A stretch of 64,000 nucleotides of DNA. It comes from an uncultured bacterium (GTDB taxonomy: Bacteria; Patescibacteriota; Minisyncoccia; Phycocordibacterales; UBA6065). Below, piece by piece: positions 55,185 to 64,000 of the stretch. Position 1 is the stretch's first letter, and the number at the start of each line of letters is the position of its first letter. A model generated the notes under the pieces. It saw nothing but the letters and a program-made list of their open reading frames with translations. It did no database searches and had not been told where the DNA came from. A program made the position numbers and the translations under genes. Where the stretch lies: the NCBI GenBank assembly GCA_963841935.1, contig CAWJEP010000001.1:74487-138486 (forward strand). Direction: 5' to 3'.

Positions 55185-56321
55185 TTAATGAAGCGCTATC
55201 CAGATACCGAGAAGAACGAAAGCTAAATGAATAACCCAGAAACGCATTATCGTTTTCTCCTCGCTCCAGCCTAAAAGTTCGAAATGATGATGAAGCGGCG
55301 CCATCTTGAATATTCGTCTGCCGAAAAAAACGCGACCGATGACTTGGACGACGACGGAAAGCGCCTCGACATAAAACATAAAGGCAATGAACGGAAGAAT
55401 TGCCATAGCGTTGATGACCAAAGCGTTTATGGCGAGAAGCGTGCCTAGCGCAAGCGACCCCACGTCGCCCATTTGGAATTTAGCGGGCTTGACGTTGAAG
55501 AACGTGTACGCGACCAAAGCTCCGGCCGTGACGGCATTCAGTATCGCAAGCGGTCCATAGCCGAAGATGGCGCTCAAAAACGAAAGGGCGATAAATGTCG
55601 GAATGAGCATGCCGCCGGCGAGACCATCCATGCCGTCGGAAATGTTCACGGCGTTTGCGGTAAACATCACGACGATTATGATGAGCGGAATAATCCAAGC
55701 GCCGATATTTAGAAATCCGTGAAAGGGGATGTAAATTTCTTTCCATGTTTCTCCTAGTTTGAAGTAAATCCACCAAGCGGTAATGGCGCCGGCGGCGAAT
55801 TGCAGGAGCAATTTTTCGTGCGCGTGGACGCCCGTGCCGCGCTTACTGCCAAACGACGAAGCAAAAGTCTTGAAAGCGGCCCACGGCAAGACGAGAGCGT
55901 ACCAGATTCTCGCCAAAATATTTTTATGGACGCGGACTAGTATTAATGTTTGCCGAAAAGACCTGTCGCGGCGTTTTCTTCCGAGGACGGAGAACATATC
56001 GTCTAGCGCCCCGAGGACCGCGGCGATAAGCATGCCGCCTATCGGTACCCACGTAAATTGTCTATTCCAGTTAAAAAGAAAAGTCAGAAGTCCGACGGAA
56101 AGAACGACGATAAGTCCGCCCATAATCGGCGTGTGAGCTTTACTTGAACGGCCGTCAATGCCAAGAGTCGGGTCCGCTTGGCCGTTCGTTCGCCAGATTT
56201 TGAAATGGTAAAGAAAAGCTACGACAATAGGCGTCAAAAGCAGACTCACAAAAAGTCCAAGCAGGCCGAAACCTATGGTGTGAGAAACTACGGCAATCTG
56301 TTCTGGAGAGAATTCGGACAT
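55185..56321 (-). CDS. mraY: Phospho-MurNAc-pentapeptide transferase MraY-like, divergent
   Basis: TPIMGG, LDD, NAVNISDGMDGLA, MGDVGS, FKMAPLHHHFELLGWSE..TIMRFW. Confidence 0.88.
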   Translation of the reverse strand: MSEFSPEQIAVVSHTIGFGLLGLFVSLLLTPIVVAFLYHFKIWRTNGQADPTLGIDGRSSKAHTPIMGGLIVVLSVGLLTFLFNWNRQFTWVPIGGMLIAAVLGALDDMFSVLGRKRRDRSFRQTLILVRVHKNILARIWYALVLPWAAFKTFASSFGSKRGTGVHAHEKLLLQFAAGAITAWWIYFKLGETWKEIYIPFHGFLNIGAWIIPLIIIVVMFTANAVNISDGMDGLAGGMLIPTFIALSFLSAIFGYGPLAILNAVTAGALVAYTFFNVKPAKFQMGDVGSLALGTLLAINALVINAMAILPFIAFMFYVEALSVVVQVIGRVFFGRRIFKMAPLHHHFELLGWSEEKTIMRFWVIHLAFVLLGIWIALH

Positions 56322-56335
56322 AAATGAAGTCTAAA

Positions 56336-57099
56336 TCAGCTTTCGAGAGCCCGCAAACGACGAATGGAAATATCTTTGGCTTCCGAAGAGGACACGAAAG
56401 TGTAATTCTCTTTTCCAGTTTTGTCTTTTTCCGTCCAAACGCCGTTCACTATAGGTTCGTTATTTTTTACGAAAATCGTTCCGCGCCTGACGCCATGATT
56501 GTATAGTCCGTCAGAAGGCCACATATACGAGTGAACGTAATTTATTTTTTTCGCGTCGTTCAAAACCTCGACGGACTCGACGACCATCATATGATTGTAT
56601 TTTTTTTCTGGACCCGTACCGATGACCGAGATGAAATCTCCGGCTTCCACCGCGGATTCCGACACGGCGTTTGAATTCCGACTGTGGGAGAAGTCGAGAC
56701 GCCCGTGTTTTCCGCCGGACGAAGCCAATGTTTTAATTTTCTTTTGAAACCGCTCCACGGTTTTACCGACGAAGACAATTTCTTTCCGGTTTTTGCGGAT
56801 ATTTCCACCGAAAGGACGTGGTAAGCGAAGCCGGAGCAATCGACGCCGAGATTGTGCTCGACGAGAAACTTTTTCAATGCCGCGGAGTCCATTTTTTTTA
56901 TGCCGGCGCGGTCTCGGATAGAAAACATCTCCGCCTCCTCGGCGATTTCTTCTGGGCGCCCTTTGCCGACGAGGGCGCGTAGACCAGCTCGGATTTTCGT
57001 CCGGCGGTTGTTGAAATACGGCGTCTGACACCCCGCTCCGATGGGGAGAGACAAGTATTTTTCCACGACTTTTTGGGCTTCGGAAGATAGGATGTTCAT
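56336..57099 (-). CDS. NlpC/P60-like cysteine hydrolase, frameshifted at ~56691
   Basis: ORFs 56587-57099 and 56336-57031 join: GVDCSGFAYH...ENTGVST|FSHSRNS...AGDFI...NHMMVV...YVHS. No signal peptide. Confidence 0.7.
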
Positions 57100-58283
57100 T
57101 TTTTGAAAATTATTGAAGAAATTTCTTCTCCAACGGAATTGAGTTTTCCGTGTTTTTCCATAATACCCTTGTCGGAGCGGACGCGCGATAGGTCGGCGTT
57201 GTGCTCGGTATTTTCGTATTCGATAAAGGAAAATCCAGCCTCGGGAAGCCGCTCAACAGGGACGGGGTGATTTTCCTGCTTCGCTTTTATTCTCAAAACT
57301 ATTTGCGCCCCATCTTTTATTTTTTGAATCTCGCTTACGTTTTCGCCGAGTAGCGCTTTTATATGAGCTTCAAAAGTCGTCATATTTTTTCCGGCGGCTT
57401 TTTGCAAGATGGATTCGCATGTCGTAGATGCCGGCTGGCGCGCGTTTATCTCAAGCAGATATATTTTTCGTGATTTCTCGTCGAGAATGACATCAATACC
57501 GAAAAGCCCGCGCCAACCGTCTTTTTTCATTTTTTCTCCGACTTTCTCCGCTATTCCAAAAATATTTTCTTTTTCCTTGTCGGACAAAATTTTATTCGGC
57601 AATTTCCAATCGTTGCCGACCGTGGAAAAAGGGTTGTCCGTGAAATCGGGAAGGCCTGTGATCTGATAGCTTATGTTTGCCGGAAAGATTCCGTTTTTTG
57701 CCGCGATGACATTTAGCGTGAATGGAATACCTTCAATATAATCAGCCACACGCACGGGTCTTTTGGGAAATTTTGTTTTGAATTCGGAAAGTTTTTCTTT
57801 TGACTCGATGAGAAAAGTGCCTTCACCCGTGTGAGAAAAATTGAATTGGAGGATAAACGGTTTTTTGTAATCGATATCATCGAGAATTTTGATTTCGTTT
57901 TTCGGCATCAAGTCTGCCAATTGACCAAGCCATTTTGATTGGGAATTTTTTCCTTCGATTTCCGAGGCTTTGTCCGCCGATGGATTGAGAAGATTTAATT
58001 TTTGCTTGTTAACGGCTTCTTCCGCGCTTTGATTGCCGACAAAAACGACAACCGAAGCACCTTTGTCGTCTATGAATTTTTTTGTTTCGGCCAACAGAAG
58101 AATCCTGCTAGTCGGCAAGAGTTCATCACTTGACACCAAGTGAACATTTTTCGGATATTTGGCCTGAACCACCTTCCCATATTCCGTGTTGTTTGAAACA
58201 ACAAAGTAATTTCCGGCTGGTTCTACGCCCAAGGCGTGTTCAATATCGCGCGTCACATAGACGATAGGTTTGTCCCATTTCAT
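57096..58283 (-). CDS. ATP-grasp ligase
   Basis: FILQFNFSHTGEGT, DYIEG, SYQITG, GLFGIDVI, LEINAR. Confidence 0.82.
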   Translation of the reverse strand: MKWDKPIVYVTRDIEHALGVEPAGNYFVVSNNTEYGKVVQAKYPKNVHLVSSDELLPTSRILLLAETKKFIDDKGASVVVFVGNQSAEEAVNKQKLNLLNPSADKASEIEGKNSQSKWLGQLADLMPKNEIKILDDIDYKKPFILQFNFSHTGEGTFLIESKEKLSEFKTKFPKRPVRVADYIEGIPFTLNVIAAKNGIFPANISYQITGLPDFTDNPFSTVGNDWKLPNKILSDKEKENIFGIAEKVGEKMKKDGWRGLFGIDVILDEKSRKIYLLEINARQPASTTCESILQKAAGKNMTTFEAHIKALLGENVSEIQKIKDGAQIVLRIKAKQENHPVPVERLPEAGFSFIEYENTEHNADLSRVRSDKGIMEKHGKLNSVGEEISSIIFKK

Positions 58284-58330
58284 CCCTCGTATGCTACCAA
58301 AATATGGCCAAAATGCTATTGTTCTTCAAT

Positions 58331-59011
58331 ATGAAAGGCAACCTATATATTGTCGCCACGCCGATTGGGAATCTCGAAGATATGACTTTTCGCGCGGTTA
58401 GGATTCTTTCCGAAGCAGATTTGATTTTGTGCGAAGACACGCGTGTCACGGCGAAACTTTTGGCAAAATACGAAATCAAGAAAAGCTTGCGTCGTTTTGA
58501 CGCGCACTCAAGCGAAAGCGGCAGAGAAGCGATAATCGAACTTTTGCGCGAGGGAAAAAATATCGCTCTCGTGACCGACGCCGGCACGCCGGGGATTTCC
58601 GACCCCGCGTCGCTTCTAGTGGAGGAAATCAGGCGAGAGTTTGGAGCCGAGGCGCCAGTCGTTCCGATTCCAGGCGCCTCGGCTCTCACGACGGCGCTTT
58701 CCGCCTCCGGCGTGCCGGCGTCGGATTTTCTTTTCTTGGGGTTTTTGCCGCACAAAAAAGGCAGACAGACACTCATGAAAGAAATCGCCGAATCAAAAAG
58801 AGCTGTGGTTTTTTACGAGTCGCCGCATCGTATTATGAAAGCTCTCAATGAGCTCGACTTGGTCGTACCCGAAAGCAAAATTATTATTGCGCGCGAACTT
58901 ACAAAGATTTACGAGGAATATATTTCCGGCACGCCGAGAGAGATAATAAAAATACTTACAGATACGCCTGAGAAGCAAAGAGGGGAATTTGTTGTTATAA
59001 TCTCCGCATGA
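58331..59011 (+). CDS. rsmI: 16S rRNA C1402 2'-O-methyltransferase RsmI
   Basis: LYIVATPIGNLED, CEDTR, DAGTPGISDP, YESPHR, RELTK, GEFV. Confidence 0.96.
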   Translation: MKGNLYIVATPIGNLEDMTFRAVRILSEADLILCEDTRVTAKLLAKYEIKKSLRRFDAHSSESGREAIIELLREGKNIALVTDAGTPGISDPASLLVEEIRREFGAEAPVVPIPGASALTTALSASGVPASDFLFLGFLPHKKGRQTLMKEIAESKRAVVFYESPHRIMKALNELDLVVPESKIIIARELTKIYEEYISGTPREIIKILTDTPEKQRGEFVVIISA

Positions 59012-59220
59012 TCAAACAATCGCTCATATCCGGAATATTGCTCGTCATTTTGCCGCTTTTGGGTATTCCAAACGAATGGAAAACATACGCTTATGTGATT
59101 GTCGGGCTTTGTTTTATCGGTCGTTTTATTTATGAAAAAAGAGCCATCTTCGAAAAATATTTTGGACAAAAGCCGAACATATCGGTAGAGTCCAATACGG
59201 AAACAACGGCGTCCAATTAA
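59008..59220 (+). CDS. Small two-TM protein
   Basis: GILLVILPLLGIPNEWK pattern; ATGA overlap with rsmI. Confidence 0.65.
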   Translation: MIKQSLISGILLVILPLLGIPNEWKTYAYVIVGLCFIGRFIYEKRAIFEKYFGQKPNISVESNTETTASN

Positions 59221-59223
59221 CAC

Positions 59224-59297
59224 CCGCCCTTAGCTCAGTTGGTTAGAGCATCGAGCTTATACCTCGAGGGTCCTTGGTTCGAGTCCAAGAGGGCGGA
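59224..59297 (+). tRNA. tRNA-Ile(TAT)
   Basis: CCGCCCT/AGGGCGG, TCGAG-CT TAT AC-CTCGA, CTTGG-TTCGAGT-CCAAG; all stems intact. Confidence 0.9.
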
Positions 59298-59381
59298 CAA
59301 GAGATATCCATGCACCACGGATTTGTCTGTTTTCGTATTTTTAGGTAAGGTCGAAGAGGGTTTTTCGACCCAAAATTGAAG

Positions 59382-59423
59382 GCCCTGCGCTGTCCGCCGC
59401 CGCGGACAGCGCAGGGCTTTTTT
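59382..59423. terminator. 16-bp GC hairpin between tRNA-Ile and the recG end
   Basis: GCCCTGCGCTGTCCGC-cgcc-GCGGACAGCGCAGGGC followed by TTTTTT. Confidence 0.7.
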
Positions 59424-61588
59424 ATTCGAAATAAATTTCTTTTTGCCTGCGCCGAAGCAAGCTCTTCGTTAAGCGCCGGAAAATCCGACAAGTTTTCGTC
59501 TTTTTCGACGATTTTCTCCGCTTCGGCGCGGGCGGCTTCGACCATTTTCAGGTTTTGCAGAGCTTCCATGCCGACGTCCGAAATGCCCCATTGTTTTCTG
59601 CCGTAAAGCTCGCCCGCGCCGCGGAGTTTCAAATCCTCCTCGGCGAGTTCAAAGCCATTTTTGGCGTTTACTATGGCACTAAGTCTCGCGAGAGTTTTTT
59701 CTCCTGCCGTTTCAGCGTAGAGGAAACAATAAGCCTGATGCGTGCTTCTGATGACCCGGCCGCGCAGTTGATGAAGTTGGGCGAGACCGAATCTTTCCGC
59801 GCCTTCGATGAGGATGACCGTGGCGTTTTCGACATTGACGCCCACTTCGACTACGGATGTGGCGCAGAGAATATTTATTTTTCCAGCTTTGAAATCGTCC
59901 ATGATTTTTTCTTTTTCGGCGTCTTTCATCTTGCTGTGGAGGATTCCTATTTCATATTCCGGAAAAATATCTTTTTTCAGGCGTTTGGCTTCGGCTTTGA
60001 CCGAACGGGCAATGAGAGCCAGGGCTTTTGTTTGGTCCGGTTCGTCGATGCGCGGACAAATGATATAGGCTTGCCGTCCCGATTTGAGTTCTAGTCGGAT
60101 TTTTTCGTACATTTCCGCGCGGGAATTCTCCGTGACGACCTCCGTGATAATTTTTTTCCTGCCACTTGGCATCTGGTCGAGAAGAGAGAGGTCAAGGTCG
60201 CCGTAAATCGTGAGAGCGAGAGTGCGGGGAATGGGCGTCGCGGTCATTGAGAGCAAGTGCGGGACGATTTTTTCTTTTTGCGTCAATTTTTTCCTTTGCG
60301 CGGTGCCGAAACGATGTTGTTCGTCGATTATGACATATGCGAGATGTTTGAAGCGGACTTTTTTTTGAATCAAAGCGTGTGTGCCGATAAGAACAGGGAT
60401 TTCTCCGTTAGCCACCCATTTCAAAAGTTGCGGACGGGATATGTCGGTCCAGCCGGCGGGATTTACTTTCGACGGAAATTTTCTCGCCCCGCTTCCGGTA
60501 ATGAGGGCGATAGGAATTGGGAAATGGCGAAAGTATGAAATGAAAGATTCGAAATGCTGTTTCGCCAATATTTCCGTCGGCGCCATATAGGCGACTTGAA
60601 GAGTGCCGAAATTCTGATTTTTTGGCCTCGCCGCCGCCACGGCATATGCCGTGGCGGCGGCCACGGCGGTTTTCCCCGAACCGACGTCGCCTTCGAGAAG
60701 GCGCGCCATGGGCGCGCCGCGCTTGAAATCAGTGAGAATCGTCTCGATGCTTTTCTTCTGCGCTTCCGTCGGCTCGAAAGGAAATTTCGAGACGAAGTTT
60801 GCGAGTTCGGCGAACGACTTGTCGATGACGAATGCCGGGTCTTTGGCCCGGACAGCCCTTTCTTTTTGTCTCGCTAGCTGAATAAAAAATATTTCCTCGA
60901 AAGCGAATCTTTTTCTCGCGGACATTGCGTCGTTTTGGTCCTGCGGCGCGTGAATCCAAACCATGGCCGTTTGAAAATGCGGCAGATTATATTTTTTCAA
61001 AATTTCTTCCGGAATCGGATCTTTCACCTCGTCCAAAACTCCGCTTTTGAAAATTTTCTGGACGGCGTGATATATCCAATTACTGGAAATTCCCGCAGTT
61101 TCCGGATAAACGGGATAGAGAGAGTGTGTCATACCGTCTTCACCGAATAGCGACGAGCCGGCGACATCCGGAATTTTCGGCACGCGTTCTATTTTCGGAT
61201 TGGAAAAATAAAGTTCGCCTTTTCGCTCGGCCACTTTGCCTTCGACGCGCACGATTGAACCCTCGGCGATCATCTTTGCGATGTACGGCTGGTTGAACCA
61301 GACGATTTTCATTTTTCCAGTCTCGTCTTCGACGTGAGCTTCGGCCATCGTGATTCTCGTGTGAAATCCTTTGCTTGCCTTGAGTTTAGAAATTTTTCCA
61401 AAAATCGTCGCCGTCGCTCCTTTGGCTAGCGAATCGATTGTCACGAAGTCCGCCGTGTCGCCGTACCTTACGGGGAAGTGATAAAGCAAATCCTCTACCG
61501 TTTTTATTCCAAGTTTCGCCAGAGCGGATTTTTGTCTCGTGTCGGTCCGAAAATGCTCTTCGAGGGAATCCGTGAGATTCATTTTCAT
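59422..61588 (-). CDS. recG: ATP-dependent DNA helicase RecG (+1 frameshift near the C-terminus)
   Basis: GDVGSGKT, DEQHRFG, MTATPIPRT, LHQLRGRV; alternate frame gives RQKEIYFE* at 59422; ORF-track ends run into tRNAs. Confidence 0.93.
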
Positions 61589-61589
61589 G

Positions 61590-61676
61590 CGGAGACGATG
61601 GGATTCGAACCCATGAGGCCCTTGCGAGCCTAACACCTTAGCACGGTGCCGCTTTCGACCACTCAGCCACGTCTCC
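61590..61676 (-). tRNA. tRNA-Ser(GCT)
   Basis: GGAGACG/CGTCTCC, loop GT GCT AA, long variable arm, G73. Confidence 0.92.
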
Positions 61677-61825
61677 AATATGAAAGACATTAACACGCTG
61701 GGGTGTTTTTTTCTATACTGCACCCTTGCCATCTCCGCCGGCGTATGAATAGTACGCGGGCTTCACGGCTCGTGTTTAAGAACAAAAAAATACGGCGAAA
61801 GATTAATAGATTAAAAATAAAAGTT

Positions 61826-62650
61826 ATGAATAAAAAATATTTTGGACTCTTGACGGGATTAGCAATGATTCTCGGTTTTGCAGTAGCTATTCCGGCCTTC
61901 GCTCAGACGACGGGCGCTCCTTCCGCTCCGCAAGGCGGATGGCAAGGACACGGCGGATTTGGCGGTGGAATGCGTGGCACGATGAAGCCGGGCGTCTTTG
62001 GAACGGTCGCTTCGATAAACGGCGACATTATTACCGTTACGGGCAGAAGCGGTTTCGGCGGACATCGACCGACGACTACTAGTGGTACGACACCTGTTGC
62101 TCCTACAGCTCCGACGCCTGTGACTTATACCGTTGATGCCACAAACGCGGTTGTAAAGAAAAATAACGCGACGTCGACTCTCTCGGCTATTGTTGTTGGC
62201 GACACCGTTATGGCACAAGGCACGCTCACGGGTACAAATCTCGTAGCGACGATGATTCGCGACGGCGTCGTCCCGACAATGATGCGCGGCGGTCAAAATG
62301 GTGGCGGACAAAATCATGCGACTTCAACACCGGCATTTACCGGTAACGGCGAGCCGGTGACAGCAGGTAATGTCACGGCAGTAAACGGCACAAGTATTAC
62401 CATCACGAACAAAAGCAATGTGACGTACACGATAGACGCTACAAACGCGAAAATCGTCGGCGGATCGCTCTCAAACATCGCCGTCGGTGATCCCGTTGTA
62501 GTGCAAGGCACGGTCAACGGCACGTCAGTCACGGCAACGACCATCATCGACCAAGCCGCGCCGACCGTATCTGCGATAGCGGGAAAGCCAGCTTCCAAAG
62601 GTTTCTTCGGAAACATTGGCTCATTCTTCTCCCACCTCTTCGGATTCTAA
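61826..62650 (+). CDS. Secreted DUF5666-like tandem OB-repeat protein
   Basis: Signal peptide (PAFAQ); two repeats G.V...NG..IT.T...YT.DATNA...IVVGD.V..QGT; C-terminal GFFGNIGSFFSHLFGF. Confidence 0.75.
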   Translation: MNKKYFGLLTGLAMILGFAVAIPAFAQTTGAPSAPQGGWQGHGGFGGGMRGTMKPGVFGTVASINGDIITVTGRSGFGGHRPTTTSGTTPVAPTAPTPVTYTVDATNAVVKKNNATSTLSAIVVGDTVMAQGTLTGTNLVATMIRDGVVPTMMRGGQNGGGQNHATSTPAFTGNGEPVTAGNVTAVNGTSITITNKSNVTYTIDATNAKIVGGSLSNIAVGDPVVVQGTVNGTSVTATTIIDQAAPTVSAIAGKPASKGFFGNIGSFFSHLFGF

Positions 62651-62661
62651 ATTAAAAGTCT

Positions 62662-62704
62662 AAAACAAAAGGGCGGCGCGCTTCGCGCGCCGCCCTTTTG
62701 TTTT
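62662..62704. terminator. Perfect 20-bp hairpin terminator
   Basis: AAAACAAAAGGGCGGCGCGC-ttc-GCGCGCCGCCCTTTTGTTTT. Confidence 0.8.
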
Positions 62705-62732
62705 TCCGCCTTTGGTATAGAGTGGTGTCGTT

Positions 62733-63847
62733 ATGACAAAACACAAACAATTTATCGAGGAACTTCTCTCCCACGCCGACGTGAAAATCGGCGGCACGCG
62801 GGCATGGGACATCACGGTTCACGACGAGCGACTCTACTCGCGACTCATTTCCGGCGGCTCATTAGCTTTGGGCGAATCATATATGGACGGCTGGTGGGAC
62901 TGCCAAAATATCGACCAGCTTATCGCGAAAATTCTCTCCGCTCATCTCGACCAAAAAGTGGCGGTCAATATTTCAAATGCCGCAAATTATATCTCGGCTT
63001 TCTTCGTAAATGGCGGAGCGAAAAAGCGCGCATTTGAAATCGGTCAAAAACATTACGATATCGGCAACGATCTCTTCACCGCTATGCTCGACAAGAGGAT
63101 GGTCTACACCTGCGCCTATTGGAACGGCGCCAAAAATCTCGATGAAGCTCAAGAAAATAAACTCGACCTTGTCTGCCGAAAATTGGGACTCAAAAATGGC
63201 GACAGAGTTCTCGACATCGGTTGCGGCTGGGGAAGTTTCGCCAAATTCGCCGCGGAGCGTTACGGTGTCTCGGTCGTCGGCATCACCGTCTCGCAGGAGC
63301 AAGTCGAATTGGGCAACAAACTGTGCGCCGGATTGCCCGTGGAAATTCGCCTGCAGGATTATCGCGACGTCAACGAGAAATTCGACCACATCGTTTCGCT
63401 CGGCATGTTTGAGCATGTCCACGTCAAGCAATACGAGACTTATATGAAAGTCGCCGCGAGATGTCTCAAAGACGGCGGACTTTTTCTTCTTCACACGATT
63501 GGCAGCAACGAGACGACGAACGTCACCGACCCGTGGATTTCAAAATATATTTTTCCCAACAGCAAACTGCCGTCCATCGTCCAAATATCCAAAGCCATCG
63601 AAGGAATATTTATAATGGAAGACTGGCACAATTTCGGTCCCGACTACGACAAGACTTTGATGGCGTGGTTTCGCAATTTTGACGCGCGCTATCCGCAACT
63701 GAAAGACAAATACAACGAGCGTTTCTACCGAATGTGGAAATATTATTTGCTCTCGTGCGCCGGCTCTTTCCGCGTCAGAAATATTGAACTCTGGCAGATT
63801 GTCCTTTCAAAAGAAGGCACCCTGGCGGATACAAGTCGGTGAGATAG
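62733..63847 (+). CDS. cfa: Cyclopropane-fatty-acyl-phospholipid synthase (probable 1-nt deletion near 63822)
   Basis: LGESYMDGWW, HYDIGNDLF, LDIGCGWG, SLGMFEHV, YIFP; alternate frame restores GGYKSVR* ending 63847. Confidence 0.95.
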
Positions 63848-63849
63848 TT

Positions 63850-64000
63850 TTAGCGATTCAAAAAGAAAATGGCGAAATTGAGATAGGCGGCAAACGTCGT
63901 CCAGAGAAGATACGGCAGAAGAAGCCATGCCGCGCTTTTCGAAACTTTCCAAAAGGCGACGATAGTCCAGACGATAGTAAGCCAGATGAGTGAGACGTCG
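63850..64000 (-). CDS. tspO: TspO/MBR family protein, C-terminal part (not in ORF track)
   Basis: Hand translation ...AFWKVSKSAAWLLLPYLLWTTFAAYLNFAIFFLNR*. Confidence 0.8.
   Translation of the reverse strand, partial: DVSLIWLTIVWTIVAFWKVSKSAAWLLLPYLLWTTFAAYLNFAIFFLNR

Noticed and set aside
59243-59421. C-terminal extension of RecG in the ORF track
   Set aside because: It runs through a terminator hairpin and antisense into tRNA-Ile; the alternate frame gives a natural EIYFE* end.
61589-61732. N-terminal extension of RecG
   Set aside because: It is a translation of the tRNA-Ser(GCT) gene.
1-64000. CRISPR array, rRNA, IS transposase, integrase, prophage
   Set aside because: No regularly spaced repeats, rRNA signatures or recombinase/transposase motifs were seen; the palindromic elements are dispersed, not arrayed.

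Overview
Chromosomal segment around the replication origin (yidC-rnpA-rpmH / dnaA-dnaN) of a bacterium that, from gene content and style, is very probably a Patescibacteria/CPR (Parcubacteria-like) organism using genetic code 11. The taxonomic call is inference from the PrgI/VirB4/pilin T4SS-like locus, the DPYRE-tail protein, PolA without a 3'-5' exo domain, class II RNR, tRNA-Ile(UAU) and tRNA-Arg(GCG). The window holds a T4SS-like locus, housekeeping genes (ruvABC, recG, polA, mutM, murE, PBP1A, pilB, rpsT, rplS, folD, rsmI), 10 intact tRNAs plus one degenerate tRNA, a small metabolic cluster, a DedA/PAP2/GT2 lipid-handling cluster and several orphan cassettes. Most notable: (1) a tightly coupled cell-wall operon (ATP-grasp, NlpC/P60-like, divergent MraY, Ate/Bpt-like aminoacyl transferase, Mpl-like ligase) flanked by a LysW-like carrier ending in Lys and a PLP enzyme; (2) palindromic elements inserted in frame inside conserved genes (murE, mpl twice, the Ate-like gene, polA); (3) a ~165-nt rod-shaped ncRNA candidate (6S-like); (4) an HNH gene bracketed by tRNA-Ser and an inverted tRNA 3'-end remnant; (5) widespread leaderless promoter architecture. 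Five single-base frameshifts and one nonsense codon in otherwise intact genes suggest assembly error. No rRNA, CRISPR array or transposase was seen. All calls are by-eye motif recognition; no searches were run.
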